Source: Raillietiella orientalis (taxonomy: Eukaryota). Taken from it: a DNA stretch of 64,000 nucleotides. The notes under the pieces are model-generated. The model saw only the letters and a program-made list of their open reading frames with translations. It had not been told where the DNA came from and did not search any database. Each line of letters begins with the position of its first letter. Positions within the stretch are counted from its first letter, which is position 1. The position numbers were made by a program, and so were the translations under genes. The stretch lies in assembly GCA_036172245.1 (NCBI GenBank), contig JAYWIR010000031.1, forward strand, positions 1,116,001 through 1,180,000, written 5' to 3'. Positions 1 through 13,924 of this stretch are shown here, piece by piece.

Positions 1-1149
1 ATGGATGCTACCTGGGAGAAGAGAATACTGCAATCGAAAAGAGCATGGGAAATCAGGTTGCGCATTTACCATCTTGGATCTCATTGCATCCGCTTTTCCC
101 TCCAAACGGTATAGGATTACCTAGAAATCAGTGGCACTGTATAAAGATATTGAAATCTCCTCCGATTTTTATATACAATTGCCAACCTTGAAAAAGATTA
201 TTTGTTAGCATAATGAGGCCCTGGAGCCGTGCTCGAAATCCCAGAAGTCACGAAGCTTCAAACCATCATCCTTTGCTACAGGAAAGAATTCACGACAGCT
301 CGTGTTCGGCATGAGTGATAGCACCACGATCAGCATGCCGAGATTCCTTTGGGATTCTTCGAGTCAAGGGATGGCTGATGCCTCGGCTTTCACTTGCCAC
401 GGTGACAAGAGGAAACCGAGAGTGGATCGGGAGCTTCTGCAGAATGTGCCTGGTTCAGGAGGCACTCGTTCTCGGGGATATTCTGGCCCTTCCGTTCGCC
501 TAAAGAATAAGCTTGCAGCCGCCATTTCATCCTCAATTCGACCATTCTTTTATTCTGAGTTTTCGGCATTCGGTCGTCATTTGGGCTCCGGTGTCTGCTA
601 TGAGCACAGAACGGTGACGGCCAAGAGGAGTCCTGCGCTCGTAGATACGACTGGTCCCCCCACAACACGCCAAAGCTTGTTTTCGATGAGCCAGTGCATA
701 ATTCTTGGAGTCGGAATGTGATCTCAGGAACGTAGACGGAATAGGTTGCAGGTCTTGGAAGGTTAAGCGCGTAAAGTTCAAAGTGGTGTAGGGTGAGAAT
801 CAGTAGTTGAAGGACATGGAGGAAAATGGAGACTTCTAAATGAAATCGCCTGAAGAGTGGTTTTTGCTCCTGATGAATCATTGCATGTTGTGCCAGAAAC
901 AAATCTGATATCCATGGAGGTCTACCTAAGGTATCTGTGGAGGTCTTTTGATCTAGATAATGAGACCTGAAGGCAAGTTGCTAAATTATAACTGGACAGA
1001 AGTGGAGAAAGGCATGAAAGTGGCGAAGGTTTGATGAGACAAGCACTCAGCTTCCAGCTGGATGTCCGTTCAAAGGGAGTAGAGTCAAGGATGTTAGTGT
1101 GACATGTAATAGGTGAGAAGCACGTGACCGAAGTAATCATTATGAGTTT

Positions 1150-2170
1150 AGTAAGGATTTCTTGGGTTGTCCACCTAGCTAAACATCTAGGCAATCTGGA
1201 GGAGAAATCATAAAGACAGTTTCTTCTGTTCCAGTGAAACCCTCGAAACGTGGATGGCTTTTAGAAATCTCCGAAAGTCCTCCTTCTTCTTCATCTTTAT
1301 TTTTTTCAGGAGCACGAAAAGAAAGAATGCTTATCTACTTTTCACAATCCTTTTTCCTTACGAAAGGCAGAAGGAGGAGGAATTCACTCCGCACTTTTTG
1401 TCAACTACAACTCGTTGCCGATTTTGCTTTATTCTTGACGATGATGGCGTTTGAAACGAAGAGCTGCTGAGGTCATAGGGCTGCACAACGTTCAAAAACT
1501 GAGTGGCAAAGGCCTCTTTTTTTTATTCGGCAGACTTTTCCAGACTTCCTCTGCATTTTTTTTTCTGTTCCAGATTTGTCACGGCTTGTCAAATCTACTA
1601 GGGACTCCTGGATTTCTTCAGGAGAGTGCTGGTTCATAATGACGGCTGTCCGAAAGGATGTCAGCGAAGAGTTTTAAAGGCTATCATCAATGTCTTCAAC
1701 CACGTTGGAGGACTAGAAATAAAGTATGAGTCTCACAGATTCTCATCGGAATTTCCATCTACGAAACAACTTTGAAAAATTCTTTTTCCTGTCATTTTTA
1801 AGTGCTGCTGTGGGATCTTTGCATTTTCTGAGTTGAGTTTCTCTGTACAGTTGACTAAGCCTCTCGCATGAGTTTCACGGTAAAAGGTTTTCTAAACTCG
1901 TGGAGAAAAATCTGAACTGAATCCATTCGATCTCTTCAAGGAGAACGATCTTGAACTTTGATGTCAACACTTGGTCAAAATTGCTCTCTGTGTCATAGCT
2001 CGGATGTTCTCTTCAGTATTTATTAGTTACTTTGCTCAGATGCCCTAAAATTTATATGTTGCTCCGCGTATTTTATTTTTTTTGGGGGGAAGGGTCATAG
2101 GAAAACGTAGTGTTCCACGATCAGTGTTTCCTTGCTCGCCGTTTAGGGAAGCATTGATACCTTTTGGGTT
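1150..2170 (-). pseudogene. Degenerate Schlafen-type/SF1 helicase-like domain
   Basis: Frameshifted motifs in the expected order on the minus strand: LNGEQG(K)TLIV (Walker A-like, ~2115-2150), CFVD(E)IP (Walker B-like, ~1750-1770), SFRTAVI, FEGFTGTEETVF...RCLARWTT. Many stops. Confidence 0.4.
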
Positions 2171-3989
2171 CAAAAGCAGAATCCATTACTTGAAAAGCTA
2201 TCCTCGCTAGCTTTCCAGGTTATAGATCTTATTATAGAGCCCTCCCTGTTCCATAAAAAAATCAGTTAATCTATAGTTTCTGCTTTGTTTCGTGTTCCGT
2301 GTTTCCACTGAACGGGTTCGGTAAAACAACATCAACTCCAAAACTTGTTAAAGATTCCACAATTCTGGATATTCTAAAGCAGAGAGAAGAGTATGCGTCA
2401 CTTGCATTCACGGTTTTCCTTGTCAGCCCTCGAGAAATTTCATCATCGAGGAGGCTAATTTGAGCGAGCATCATTAAGGCGTTTCATCCGCGGGTTGTTT
2501 TCATTTGCGAGTGATCAAAAGCACGGAGGCAGATCTGTGACGAGGATGCATCTCCAGAGTACAAGCAGCAAAGGATCACAGGAAGAGCTCGACACGAGCA
2601 CTCGAAGCTGTGGCGTGGAATTTGCTGCATCATGGATTGCAGGGCCACTTTTGGTGGTGCAGGAATTTGATAGCAGCAGAGGACGAGAGGCACTTGGGAT
2701 GCACTCGTCGCCAGCTGATTTCAGACAAACTGTTGGAGGCCATTTTTACGACCCACCAAGCGTCTGCCCTTGCCTGGGAACACGTCTTGGTGTTTCATGA
2801 TCTCGCGCTAGGGCTCGTCCGCATGTCCTACCAGGACCACTCGGGAGGATTGTGGCTTGACAATCTTCACAGAGTCATTCGAAGAGTGCTTCAGGTCTCC
2901 ATGACAGTGAAGACAGCTCTCCCAGGGTGCCATCTGAAATTCCACTTTGATGAGCGTCCCTCGGTAACTGCAGTTTTCTTTAAAATCCATGGACTTTCGA
3001 AAGTCCATAGATTCTGAGGATTTGGAAGCTAAAAAATCCTTCTCAAATGGCCTTTCACTCAGTTGTGTGCATTGAGTAGACAGGAATGATGTTCATATTT
3101 GAAGTCGTTGCGTTGGAATTATCAAACCGATTCCAGCGGTAAAGCTTTCACAAACCAATCGATGTCTTCTAAGCCAGTTGATCCCTTCATCAACCACATT
3201 TAAGGACATCACATACCATTAGGTTTCCTGAAATGTAGATAGGCTCCATCGGCTTTGTGTGTATGCTATGTTTGGACCGAGAATGTGAAAGGCTTGACAG
3301 TGGAAGAAGATTCGTACGCCAAACTTTTATCCCTTTTGTCGGTCTCCAGGGACCATTAGTCAGTGGACTCGTCCTCCTGCACGCGAAAACAACCGAATCA
3401 TTATAAATTATGTTCCTGCCTCACTCGAAAGGATTCGAAGTCAGGGACTTCCAAATAATCTTTGGAACCTCGCATGTTTCTGCAATGATCACTTGTGGTT
3501 TAAACTCGTCGTTACCATTCGAACTTGGTTTTTATTATTTTGCTATCACTTCTGCATCAATCATACTATTGTGGGTAAGTATTTTTAAGAAAAAAAAGAC
3601 ATTATCTACTCGAAGTGCTGTTTAAGTGTAAAATATCATTTGATATTCTTATTTTCCAAAGGAAAAGAATCATTCGCACGTTGGGGCAGTGTGCGTGTGA
3701 AAAAAATAAAAGTACACTTTGCTTTCGTACAAAAAAAAAAAAAAGAGAGAGGTGCAAGAGAGTATACTTTTGCATGTACGCAGATAGGTAAAATTCGAGG
3801 AAGAACGAAAAAGAGACTGCAGGGATTCCGGGTTTCGCTTCGCAGTCAGGTGCGCAGCCAAAGTCGAAAGAATTTTTTTGCAAACATCTCCAGCCTCCTC
3901 TACCTTATTCCTCTCGAGAGAGCAGCTTTAGAAAATCCTCAGCCGAAGAAGGCTGCACCCGATTTTCCCTTCGTTCGCTTTGGAAGTTT

Positions 3990-5400
3990 CGTCAGCTTGC
4001 CGTTCTTTGCGGCCCGCAGCCCTTCCTCCTGCCAGCACTAATCTCTCCATCTAGAGAGAACAAGTACCGATGCCGCCAAATGCCCCAGTGGCTGGTCACC
4101 TGAATCATTTTGCAGAGACGCAGGTGGAGTGCTAGGGTCCTGGAAACCCTTCTTTTTTTTCCTGCCCACTTGGAAGGCAGCTGAGCCCGAAGGTCCGGCT
4201 TGTCCGTGGAAGCAGGAACGATTCCAGGTGGAAGGAAGAAGAGAGGCTCAAGGAGCTGCTCCCCCGAAATTCCCAGCGTGGGACTGTTTGGAAAGCTGCC
4301 AAGAAAGCGGGAGTTACACAGCACTGCCATCCTTGACGCCGCTGAACGAACGCACCCTGGCAGCTCGTGAGCAAGGCGCCGCCGCCACGTGCAGCAGCGT
4401 GCTTCCTGCGACTCCAGACAAAGGACGGAACAGGGGCAAAAACGACCGAACGTGACAGGCAAATTGTCCACACGGCGAAAATTTCGGTTTTCGGAGCCAC
4501 GACTGGAGTCCTCCCTCCGTGACTGCCGAGAAAGTTGCCGTTGAGAGGCGGGCGGTCGTCAAGCAGGAAACTCCGTCTAACCTTTCCCTTTCTGCGGGAG
4601 AGAATCGGAAAATTCTTCCGCGAGCACAGACGGTAAGTTGACTGAGAGGCAAACCCGGAAGCCGCACGGAAACTCCTGGAATTCTCACGGTAGAAAGACT
4701 CTCTTCTCGTCGCTTCTTCAGAATTTGTCCTGCGGCAGAAGCGTTCCCTTGCTCCAGCGGCTGCTCACCTGCAAGTGTCAAGCGGGAGAAAATGAAGCTA
4801 GGAAGCAAAGGGCTGCAGGTTCGGAGCGAGGCATCTGGATCAACGGAGGATGAAGAAGTTTCTCCTGTCTCTTGCATGGTCTTCCTCGTCCATCAGCTTC
4901 CTTGATGAGCCGAAAGCAACCTGGAAGGAAAGTTCTTTCAAAGGTTCTCGAGAGAACAGACAAGACTTCTTCAAAGCTGGGAGACAGTGCAGAGATGGAA
5001 AAGTGTCTTCCTCCTGAGTACGATGGGAGTTCGACGATGCAGGAACGATCGGTGGGATTTTTCCTGAAGGCGGTGAGCAGAGATCGTTCAAGGTCAACTT
5101 TTGTGTTCAGTCTGTCATCATGCACACGCCAGAGATTATGACCGGATCGTGTAGTTAAGGGTAGATAATTGGAAAGCGGGCGATGCTTTTTAGATCTGCG
5201 AATGCTGCAACTAGTAATCAGAAATAAAGCAAAAGATCGTCCAAGAGAGTTTTCCCTTTACAATAACATGATGCTGAGTGATGGATTTCTTCTCTCCATC
5301 ACTTTTCTTTGAAGAGGAATGGAAATTCAAGTCTTTAAGATTCAAGAGCGAGCTTTAGGGAGCCAAAGTTTTAGCTGCTCTTTAGACGAGTAAAAGAAAC
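3990..5400 (-). mobile_element. Internally deleted Tx1/L1-like LINE remnant
   Basis: End of APE endonuclease (KHRPL...GHNLWRVHDDRL), ATFSAVTEGGL, LLEPLFF and VTSHWGI, the last matching LHWG in other copies in this window. Confidence 0.4.
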
Positions 5401-6924
5401 CCCTGGGCAAAATTAACAAAACAAGCAGAACTTACGAAAGGGGACCGATTTTCCTCAACTTCTTCATGTTTAGGAGTTTTCCAGGCAAGTTTCATTGCTG
5501 TAGGCATCCCGCGAGTTCTGTGCTCGAGGTCATGCTTCTGCTGCTGCTGCTGCTTTTGGACTTCGGACTGTCGCGTCCCATAGTCGACCGTGAATTCAAA
5601 TGCGACTTCGGCTGCAAAATGGGTAACTAATAGTTGCTTGCTGCTGGATCAAAGAGTGCTTTAGCAAGGATGCAGGAAAACTTCAAACACAGATGAAACC
5701 TTGTGTTTGCCAGCTTCCTCTTCGAACGAGGAGTTTCTTCATCGACAAAACCGTGACAACCTTACGAAGTTTTCAACGGTGCTGGTGGGGTGATCGATAC
5801 ACCGCTCATAGGGACAAGGAAACATGCCTCGGGACCGTTTGCCATCACCAACTTGGGAATGAGAAATGGAACGTTGCGATGCAAACCGGAAGTTCACAGA
5901 TCACGCATCAAACTTCTTCGTCAAACGTCTTTTTTAGCTTTCTCCAGAATGTGCGAGCGCCAGATCGAATGGCGTCGCCATCCCAGCAGGATGCTACCGC
6001 GTGCGTGAAACCGAACGCATCCGAGGAGTAAGGTCGTCTCCGGTACTCGAAACAGCTGATCTGCCTGGAGTTGAATCTCTGTCGCAGCTTCAGCGACGAG
6101 CGAGATTTTCCCGCTCTTGAGAGTGCGGCACGGAGACGGTGCGGACGGCGGTGCCCAAGCGGTGACCTTGGGTGCGATCAGTCTTTCCTTCTCATCTGCG
6201 CAGTTGCCGTGGCTCCTCTTTTCCAGGCTCGAGAGTAGATGAATCGCGTCGTTCTATCAATAAACCGACTGCGTTCTCAGATGCACTTTTTATGCAGTTT
6301 CGATGCCGCAGCTGCGCGCAATTCCTATTCCTTTCTTTTTTTAAATCGCTGTGATGCCGCGATTCAGTCTCCCGGAACAGCTTCGAAAATCTGAGTTTCT
6401 GTTGCTGGAGCCTCCATACGCTGAAGCGTCCTTGTAGAAATCGACGTACTTTGCAACGAGTTCAGTCTATAAGGTGTACGGGAGCGGCGCAGCTCCATTA
6501 TCAAGTCTCCTCTCTCCAAGGGAGAAATTTCCTAAAGATTTATCAAAGGAAAAAAAAAAAAAAAACGGAATCTTGCAAGATAAAGAGTAAATCCCTGGTT
6601 GAATATATCGCACAAGTACATGAAAGCACGGTAGCACTTTGGGTTGAATGTACCTGAAAGGCTGAAGGGAGAAAACAAGTAGCGATGCACTGGCTGCTTG
6701 ATTGGCAGCTACTCTTAAACCAAGTGACTTCAGTTCAGGTTAAGGAGCAAAGTTTTGCATGTTCTGCTTCTGCGATGCTCGAGCAGAGGTCTCAGTGCGA
6801 TTGAATGCTGCTTTCGAAAAATTCCGTGCCAATAGTTTCAGTAGTATGCGAATGCACCACGAGAATCCCATGGAAACTGCGCTGCATAGGCTCAAGATCA
6901 AGCAGGTGCACTAAACACCAGTTC

Positions 6925-7440
6925 AGGGTAGCACCGAGGGAAAGAAAACAAATCCCAGGAGTCCACTAGGGTCCTCAGCATAGACATGGCTCCGGGAGCA
7001 GGTCCGACGACACGGCGCCTTGGTGGCTGAAAGTGGACATCGCCTTGTTTCGTGGCAACAGCATTCCCAACGCTCCCATCTTCCAGAGGGCGTTAGGAGC
7101 GAGATCACCAGCATCCAAAGCCGGTTCTGAAGGAAGGGAACGGCCCAAGCCAAAGACCCCAGTCCCCTACCCTCCCCATATCTTTATTTCTATGTTTCTA
7201 TATGTGTATTTGTGGTCCCCTCCCTCCCGTTCCGGACTTTCGGTTTACCGACCTGAGTGCCGGGGATCCCCTCCCTTCGTTTCTTCTGTGTCCTTTGTCC
7301 GGGAAGTCTGTTCCTGGATAGTTTTGCAATAAACGCCCCGGCGCACCCGGGTGAGAAACAGCATTCCGCGCGTGTGCGATGGCCATGTTGCAGTGGGAAT
7401 TCGCGTTTTTCCTTCCTTCGATAACAGTCTTCCACCTGCC
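6925..7440 (-). mobile_element. LINE ORF2 C-terminal remnant, host of the 7068-7356 insertion
   Basis: Removing the insertion and one TSD copy gives WKTVIEGRKNANSHCNMAIAHARNAVATKQG...RTCSRSHVYAED, resembling SFAARGTVVARK...SHL of the 49.5-kb copy. Confidence 0.4.
7068..7356 (+). mobile_element. 289-bp 5'-truncated LINE insertion with an 11-bp TSD
   Basis: AACAGCATTCC at 7057-7067 and 7357-7367. Encodes RSHLPEGVRSEITSIQSRF (family C-terminal motif) and ends AATAAACGCCCCGGCGCACCCGGGTGAGA, like the 32.3-kb end. Confidence 0.75.
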
Positions 7441-9848
7441 AGGAAAAAAAAAAGAAAGAAAGAAAGAAACACGTATTTCGGGCGTAAACAAGACGTTTCC
7501 GGAAGATATCCCTTCGTTTTCTTCACGGCATGTTACCATTAGCTCCCTGCAAGAGTTGGTCTTCAAACCCGCAGTTTTGCGTGCCTTTTGTTCAACATGG
7601 CGGCCGCCTACCTCCACGTCTGCGTGTTTCGCGCGTCCGATTAAAGGTAAACAACATTAAGGTGAAATCACGTTTTCGGTTTCCCTTTGTGAAAACGTTG
7701 GGATGCGTTCCTTTCGTACGTCCTTCACTGTTTCCGAAGCTGCGAAACAAAGTACAAGCGAGCCATCAAATGCATGAAATGGAATGTACTGACTGATATG
7801 TTAATTAAGTGTTGGATGCATCAATTGAAGAAATGCAAACAGTTGAGTGCCTCCATTCACTCAAGACGCTCTCATTTATCTTGGAGCTCAGTGAAAATAC
7901 TGAAAATGGAAGACGGTCGAACTTCGTATTCGAAGTTCATTTCATTTGTTTGAGGAAAAATCTGCGCTTTCGAGTTGAGTTTTCATGCTTCACATGTTTC
8001 CAGGTTTTCCAGTTCTCTGCAGTTGAAAAAAATGAATAAAATCATTCGGGTTTCATGAAGCTGCATCTCTTAGCATCGTCCATTGCAGCGACTTCCACTG
8101 AGTATCCCGCTGAAGTTCCTCATGTTGAGGAAGCACCATGCCAAAAGACTTTCCCTCTTCCCTAAGTTTGGTCAACAGTCAGTCGATAGGCAGCTCATCT
8201 CTCCGAAACAGTGGATACAGGTTTAGATTTAGAAACAGATTTGGCTGTTTTGAATGCCTTCGTAGAAGAGACCCATTTCGAAGGAGATGAAATGCATTCA
8301 TCTGGACGGTTCCAACTCATGATAGTCGAGAGTAATCACGTGGATGCTGCTTCTTAAGTAATTAAAGAGGTGAAGCATGCAGTCGAAAAAATGGTAGAGA
8401 AGGCATCCAAACCGAAAAGAGGTGCCTTCCTTCTAGGCAGATCGCAACTTTGGGTAAAAACTTCCCATTGCAACGTAAACTATTGATTTTGGCTGATATG
8501 ATTGACGTAGAGTGGAGTCGGTAACTACGGTATTCGTTCTGGGTATGGATAACTGCAGATGTACTTTAAGGTTTCCTACCACTCAACTATATAGAAAACT
8601 TTCTTTCAATAAGGAAGATACATCCCTTATAAAACAAAACATTCTTGATAGTTCACCATTAATAATGGCTTTGTAGTATCACAAGGTTGCAGCGGATGTT
8701 GGTATCAAAGAAATTCGATTAGTTGTTCCGAAATTACCAATCCACATTTGTCTTGGGACTGATTGCAACAGTCGGGAAAGCTCTGTGGCAGCGTGCAGTG
8801 TACAGTACACTCCCGACGTGCAGCGAGTCCTCTGGCCTGCGCCAGCTCTGATAGCACGTGTTTCTCCTGCTGTCCGATGTTGGTGAGAGGGCTTTCGATG
8901 TCCATTGAACGGATCGGATCAAATCGGTGGCACAGCGTTCATGCGCACCGAATCCTGGTTCGAAGCCGGCAGCAAGTTCCCGGATGCCGAAAAAAGAATT
9001 TTTCTTTCAGAATGGAACTTCCGAGAAATGCAAACAAAACTATTTCCAGTTCGTAAACAGTGTGTTGGGATGCAGCAAGCCACTCGATAGTGAAGTGTAT
9101 GTGGATGTTCATTCACACATGCATGTGTAGTTTTTCCCTTGGCTACGTGTAGCTCACACTCGTTTCTGATTGGCATGAAACTACGAACTTTTGTTTCCCA
9201 AAATGCGCATTGAAAACAAGTGCTTTGCTCCCTCTTCATCTTTACTAACGAAGGAAAGACCTTTCCGGAAGATGATCTAGAACCGCGGCGGATGCGATTC
9301 TGGGGATACACGGAATCACTGAAAGACTTTGCCCTGCTGTTTTGAGTAGGCATGACGAAGCTTCTGTGAACCTCGTGTGTAGGGATGCACACAAAGAGCA
9401 CGGATATTGGGATGTGGCATATGGATTCCAGAAACGAGATGATGCAACTGTACGTTGCTTTTGCTGAGCTTTCTGTTGTTTGATTCGAGCTCATGTAGAA
9501 CAAAAAAATCGATTGAAATCGAGCCTTTCGGCCAACCAACGAATCCGTGAAACGCATTGGGCTATTGTGGTTTGGTCCGCAGTCCAGTTTCCCAGAATCT
9601 TAGGAAGGGAAAAAATTAAGTGAACACTTTAGTTGAAAAATGCTAATCATTTCATACAGATATCTGAGCAGTTAATAAGTTAAATTATCTACCGTCTTTA
9701 ATGGAAGAATCGTTCAATCTAAAACACCTGTGTCCAAAGAATAGCGTTTTACATTACTTCACCAGGCCACTGACATGGGAACAACGCAGAAGATACACAA
9801 ATTCAGCCTCTGATAGAAACTGATTAGACTGACAGGCAAGCGTACTGT

Positions 9849-11009
9849 CTCATAGAGGTGTTTTCAATAGAGACACAGATGTCATAAAATCACGTACGTA
9901 AAAGCAAACTGAATTGCATCCCAGGTGAGATGCCAGGCTGGAGATCAATCAACTCAAGCCACTCTTGATTGTATCGCAATGAGAAAAGAAGAAAACCGTT
10001 TCAGTTCCATTCCAGTTGTAAGAAACGCTCCCAGTCAGATTTCGAACTCTTCTTCCTCCAAGCTTTCATCATCCCTGCCTCCCTTTCGCACTCGATCCAT
10101 TGATTGCAGGGTGGCCAAATGCATTCAACCATCGTTCGGAAGGTTCTCTGCCATTTCCAGTTGTCTTGGCTGGAAAACGGTATCGAGCTGTCTTTGGGGA
10201 GTTTCTCGACAACCCTGAAGTTCGGCAACCAGTTGTGCCCGATGGGCTCCGGAGGAAGCGCTAGGTCAGTCACACTTTTCCAGTGCAAATGTTCCTTTCC
10301 TAATAAGGACTAAGCCGCTTTTCTTGTCCCTGGGCGTTTCTCCTTCCAGTTCCCACGACACGCTTCAGATTTCATCTTTACCCAGCCACTAACCTGGCAA
10401 CAGCACACAATTCCGCCTCTGGTGAGAATACGGATGAGGCGAGAGTCGGAGCTGCAACTTCTAATGAGATTTGCACACCTTCACTGTCTGAGAAGATACA
10501 CGATGGTAGAGCGGAGGCGTAACGCGAAACTTTCCGGATGGCGGTCTCGCAAATTCTCTTTCAGTGACCCGGGGAGACCATGAGTTTTTCCCATCCGATC
10601 GCGAGGATCCATCTGCAGTTACGCTCGCGTGAGACGAGTGAAATTTGGGTCGTGCCATCTCCACCTCTCGTTTCCTTGGTGCTGCACCTCGCAACTGCAA
10701 GAAATCATGGTTCCTTCCTTTGCCCTTCCTCCAGATCGAAACGCGCTGTCTCTGTGACGTCAGTGGATTCTGGAGGTGGCAAAGAGGAGGAGGCGGAACT
10801 TTTGCACTCTTCGAAAACAGCATGGATCGAATGAGCTGCCGTCTCGTCAACTCCTCCAAGTGCAGTTCCTCAGGACAAACTCCATTTTCCGGGCACCTTG
10901 ACAACTTTGAAGCTGTTGAAGGCATTCTTCAGCGTCCTGCTCTTCTTTCGAGTGCGGCTGGATGCGCTCAGCTCACCGATTGATTGGCGTGCATATGAAA
11001 TTCTGTGAT
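9849..11009 (-). mobile_element. L1/Tx1-like ORF2 C-terminal fragment; copy A of a 1.16-kb inverted duplication
   Basis: Near-identical reverse complement of 28019-29177. Motifs LTRRQLIRSMLFSK, IWRKGKGR...APRK(RGG) and EHLHW are typical of the post-RT and zinc-finger region. Confidence 0.65.
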
Positions 11010-12774
11010 ACTCTGTCCTACTAAAGAATTCTTTTCTTTTAATTCTAAGCTAAAAATGCAAACTAAGCATGTATCTACAATATCCTGAATAACAAGAAAG
11101 ATGTGTTAATGGAAAATTGTAGGAAGAAGATATGAGAAACTGGGATTTTTTATTCCTTCGTTCTGTTAAGAGACTTTCACCTAAATGACGAACAGAAGAT
11201 TAAACTTTTGTACTTGCATTATAATACTGTTACTATTGTAGCACAGGGTAGCATCTGATTTTCATAATTTCTGATAAGTGGAGGAAAGGAATTGGATCTT
11301 TAAAAATGCTCAGCCGCTGAGCTCCGTAAAAACTGGTGCCACACATGTGGCTCTAAAGGCAGTTTTAGCAGTAACGGGCTTGTGTTGTGTCTCTTTGCAA
11401 TAGGAGGTTCGGCATATTGGAGCTCCCTATAGCAAACGCGATGTCACTTTCGATAGTGGCGGAAACCTCACTTTTAAATTCGGTTTGAACTCCGCGATCT
11501 TACTTTCTATGGATCAACAAAAATGGATATAACCATCAAAATACTTTGTCTGTGGTCGCAATGCAATCCATGAAGGCCAGATTGCAGGCCTATGTAGCAC
11601 GAGGACCACAAAATCAAAACACTTTGGGAACTTCAATCGGAAGAGTTGTGCAAAGACGTGTTGGAAGGGGGAAGGAGAGAGGATAGATTGCAGTCACGTG
11701 TCGCAGTCAACCGTATTCGGTTTTCGAGCTTGCAAGGTGCTATGGGAGTATACGTATAATGGGGGGGTCCTTAGTGTGTGAGTCGAAAACTGAGTCTGCG
11801 CAGAAGAGCCTTTGCGCCGCAACCCACCACCGAAAGCGATAACTTTTCAGAAGATGCAGTTTGCATCCACCTGAGGTGCAGATGCTTCTTCAACCTCCTC
11901 TTTGGTTATGTTGAAGATTTGTGAAAAGTGAGTCCACTGACGGAAGGCCGCCGGTTCCCATCGGTTCCACGTTCATCCCAGTTCGCTCATCACGCCGATT
12001 TCCAATGGGAAGCACCGAACGATTCGATTGAGATTGAAATCTAAGCAAACAAGCAGAATCTGCTAGATCGAAAATCGCTACCTCCCAAGCCACTGTACCT
12101 CATCCAGTGTAAGGACCGTGCATATCGGTTCTGTGACAATTTTTTGGTATTGGCGGCGTCGGTGACTAAGAGAGATCCGTGTTCTTTGAAAACCGTTTGG
12201 CGCCGCATTTCCAGAATCGATGTGTTGCATGCTGTGCTTCAGAAAAACACGCTAAAGTGAACATCGCATGTGTGGAATGCTGTACGTTCGTGGTGCTCCG
12301 ATTTGTGATGAGCCCCGATACGTAGAGACCTCTAAGGGTTTCTAACAGTGATCCAGGTCACCGAAATTTTTGTGTGGGGGGGGGGAAGGGGAAAGGGGGA
12401 TCTGAATTTCCGCACGGTAATTACAAACGTCACGGCCGGGACAGAACGCCCTTGTTGGGGAAGAAGCCACTAAAATCTGGATTTTTCCGAGCGACGGTCT
12501 CATGATCTTGCGTGCAGCAGCGAGCACGAGCACAGCAGCGTCGCAATGTCCGCCGAAACGATGCGGACCCTGTGGAGACCGCTGTCACTGGTTCGAGCAC
12601 AGGAACAAGTGACCAGCTGCCGTCAGGCTCTTGGGACGGGGGCTCAGAAGTTGGTTCCGGGATTCCAGCAAGCAGATTTTCGAACCGAGGAAAGCTGTTC
12701 GTCCATCCTGGTGAGAAGTGGATAGGCTCCTCCCTCGCGATGATGATTCTTTTCGGGACACCTTTCCAGTCGTC

Positions 12775-13505
12775 CACGCTGGCGGCCACGTGACTGCAGC
12801 TTCCGCGCGCAGCACCGAGCGTACTCGGTTCAAATCCCATCGGGGAAGGATGGACGCAGAGAAATGGGTTGTCTCGTGGGTGACGCTGGTTGGACTATTC
12901 GGGTGCGGCGGCGCCGGTGGAACCCCAAAGCTGGATGCACCCGTTGACTGGCCGGGATTGGAAGTGGACCCTCCGGGATCCATCCAGGAATCATGGATCC
13001 TCCCTTTAGTTGTGCAAATGTGGACGGCCCCCGCATCGTTCCCATTTGCACTGTGTAGTGAGGATCTTCCATAGAGTTTCCTGAATGGTTACTCCCCCCC
13101 TTCCCCTTCCAAGGAGTGCCTTTCCAGTGTCCGAAGCGTGCCCCTACCTTCGGGAGCACCCTTCTGCGAAAATTGGAAAGCGTCCCTTCGGGGTTCTCTT
13201 TAGAGGAGTAAACAAGGAGCGGATCCTTTCCGAGGGATCCCCTCAGAGAAGAAATCAGGACAACCCCTCCCCAAACCGGGAAGTACTTTCGGAGAGAGAA
13301 TAAGGAAGAAACGGACTCTTCCCCGCCCCCCAGAGCCTTCCTGCATTAACTGTGGTGGTCCCTACGGGGTTGCCCCCTGACTGATTCACGTTCACCCTCA
13401 AGGGGGAGCTTTATGAGCCCCCTACATGTTGTCCCTTCGAGCCTTTCCGACGTCCCGCTGAGGGTGCTAATGGTTCCTCAGTACTTAGCGGACCAAAAAA
13501 GAAAA
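12775..13505 (+). mobile_element. tRNA-derived SINE, copy 1
   Basis: Head with B-box GGTTCAAATCCC (~12827). Body is homologous to 48483-49200 and 58078-58713. Ends GGTTCCTCAGTACTTAGCGGACC plus an A-rich tail. Confidence 0.7.
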
Positions 13506-13924
13506 GGAGCACCTTTACAGATTCACGAAGGAGCTCAGCTTCCTTTCTCTTCCTCTGCCATCTGAACAGAGGCGGCCGACTGCGAAATAGAACGAACAGA
13601 TGTGCGGTCACCCTGATTCGATACGGTGCAATTAGAAATGTTAACAGTGAGAACTGATTTCAAGTGTGCAGCTATATTTTTACCTGGAGCAATGAAGATT
13701 TCGATGACAGTCTGAAATCCTCATGGGCGTGAGTGTCGGTATCGAGTGAGTATGTTTCACTCTTTGCTTTGCACCTCTTCCAGTCGTTATGGACCTAGCG
13801 GCGGGCATCGAAGCCCCAAAACTGCCTGAAGAGAAAGATTCGATTTCCCTCTGGTCCATTCTTTCCTGGTTTCCGAGAGGAGCGCCGGTCCATTAGGAAC
13901 CAACATTTTCCAATAAAGCTACGG

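Noticed and set aside
8705..8960. Histidine phosphatase (UBASH3-like) fragment ESPLTNIGQQ
   Set aside because: No RHG motif; single short resemblance
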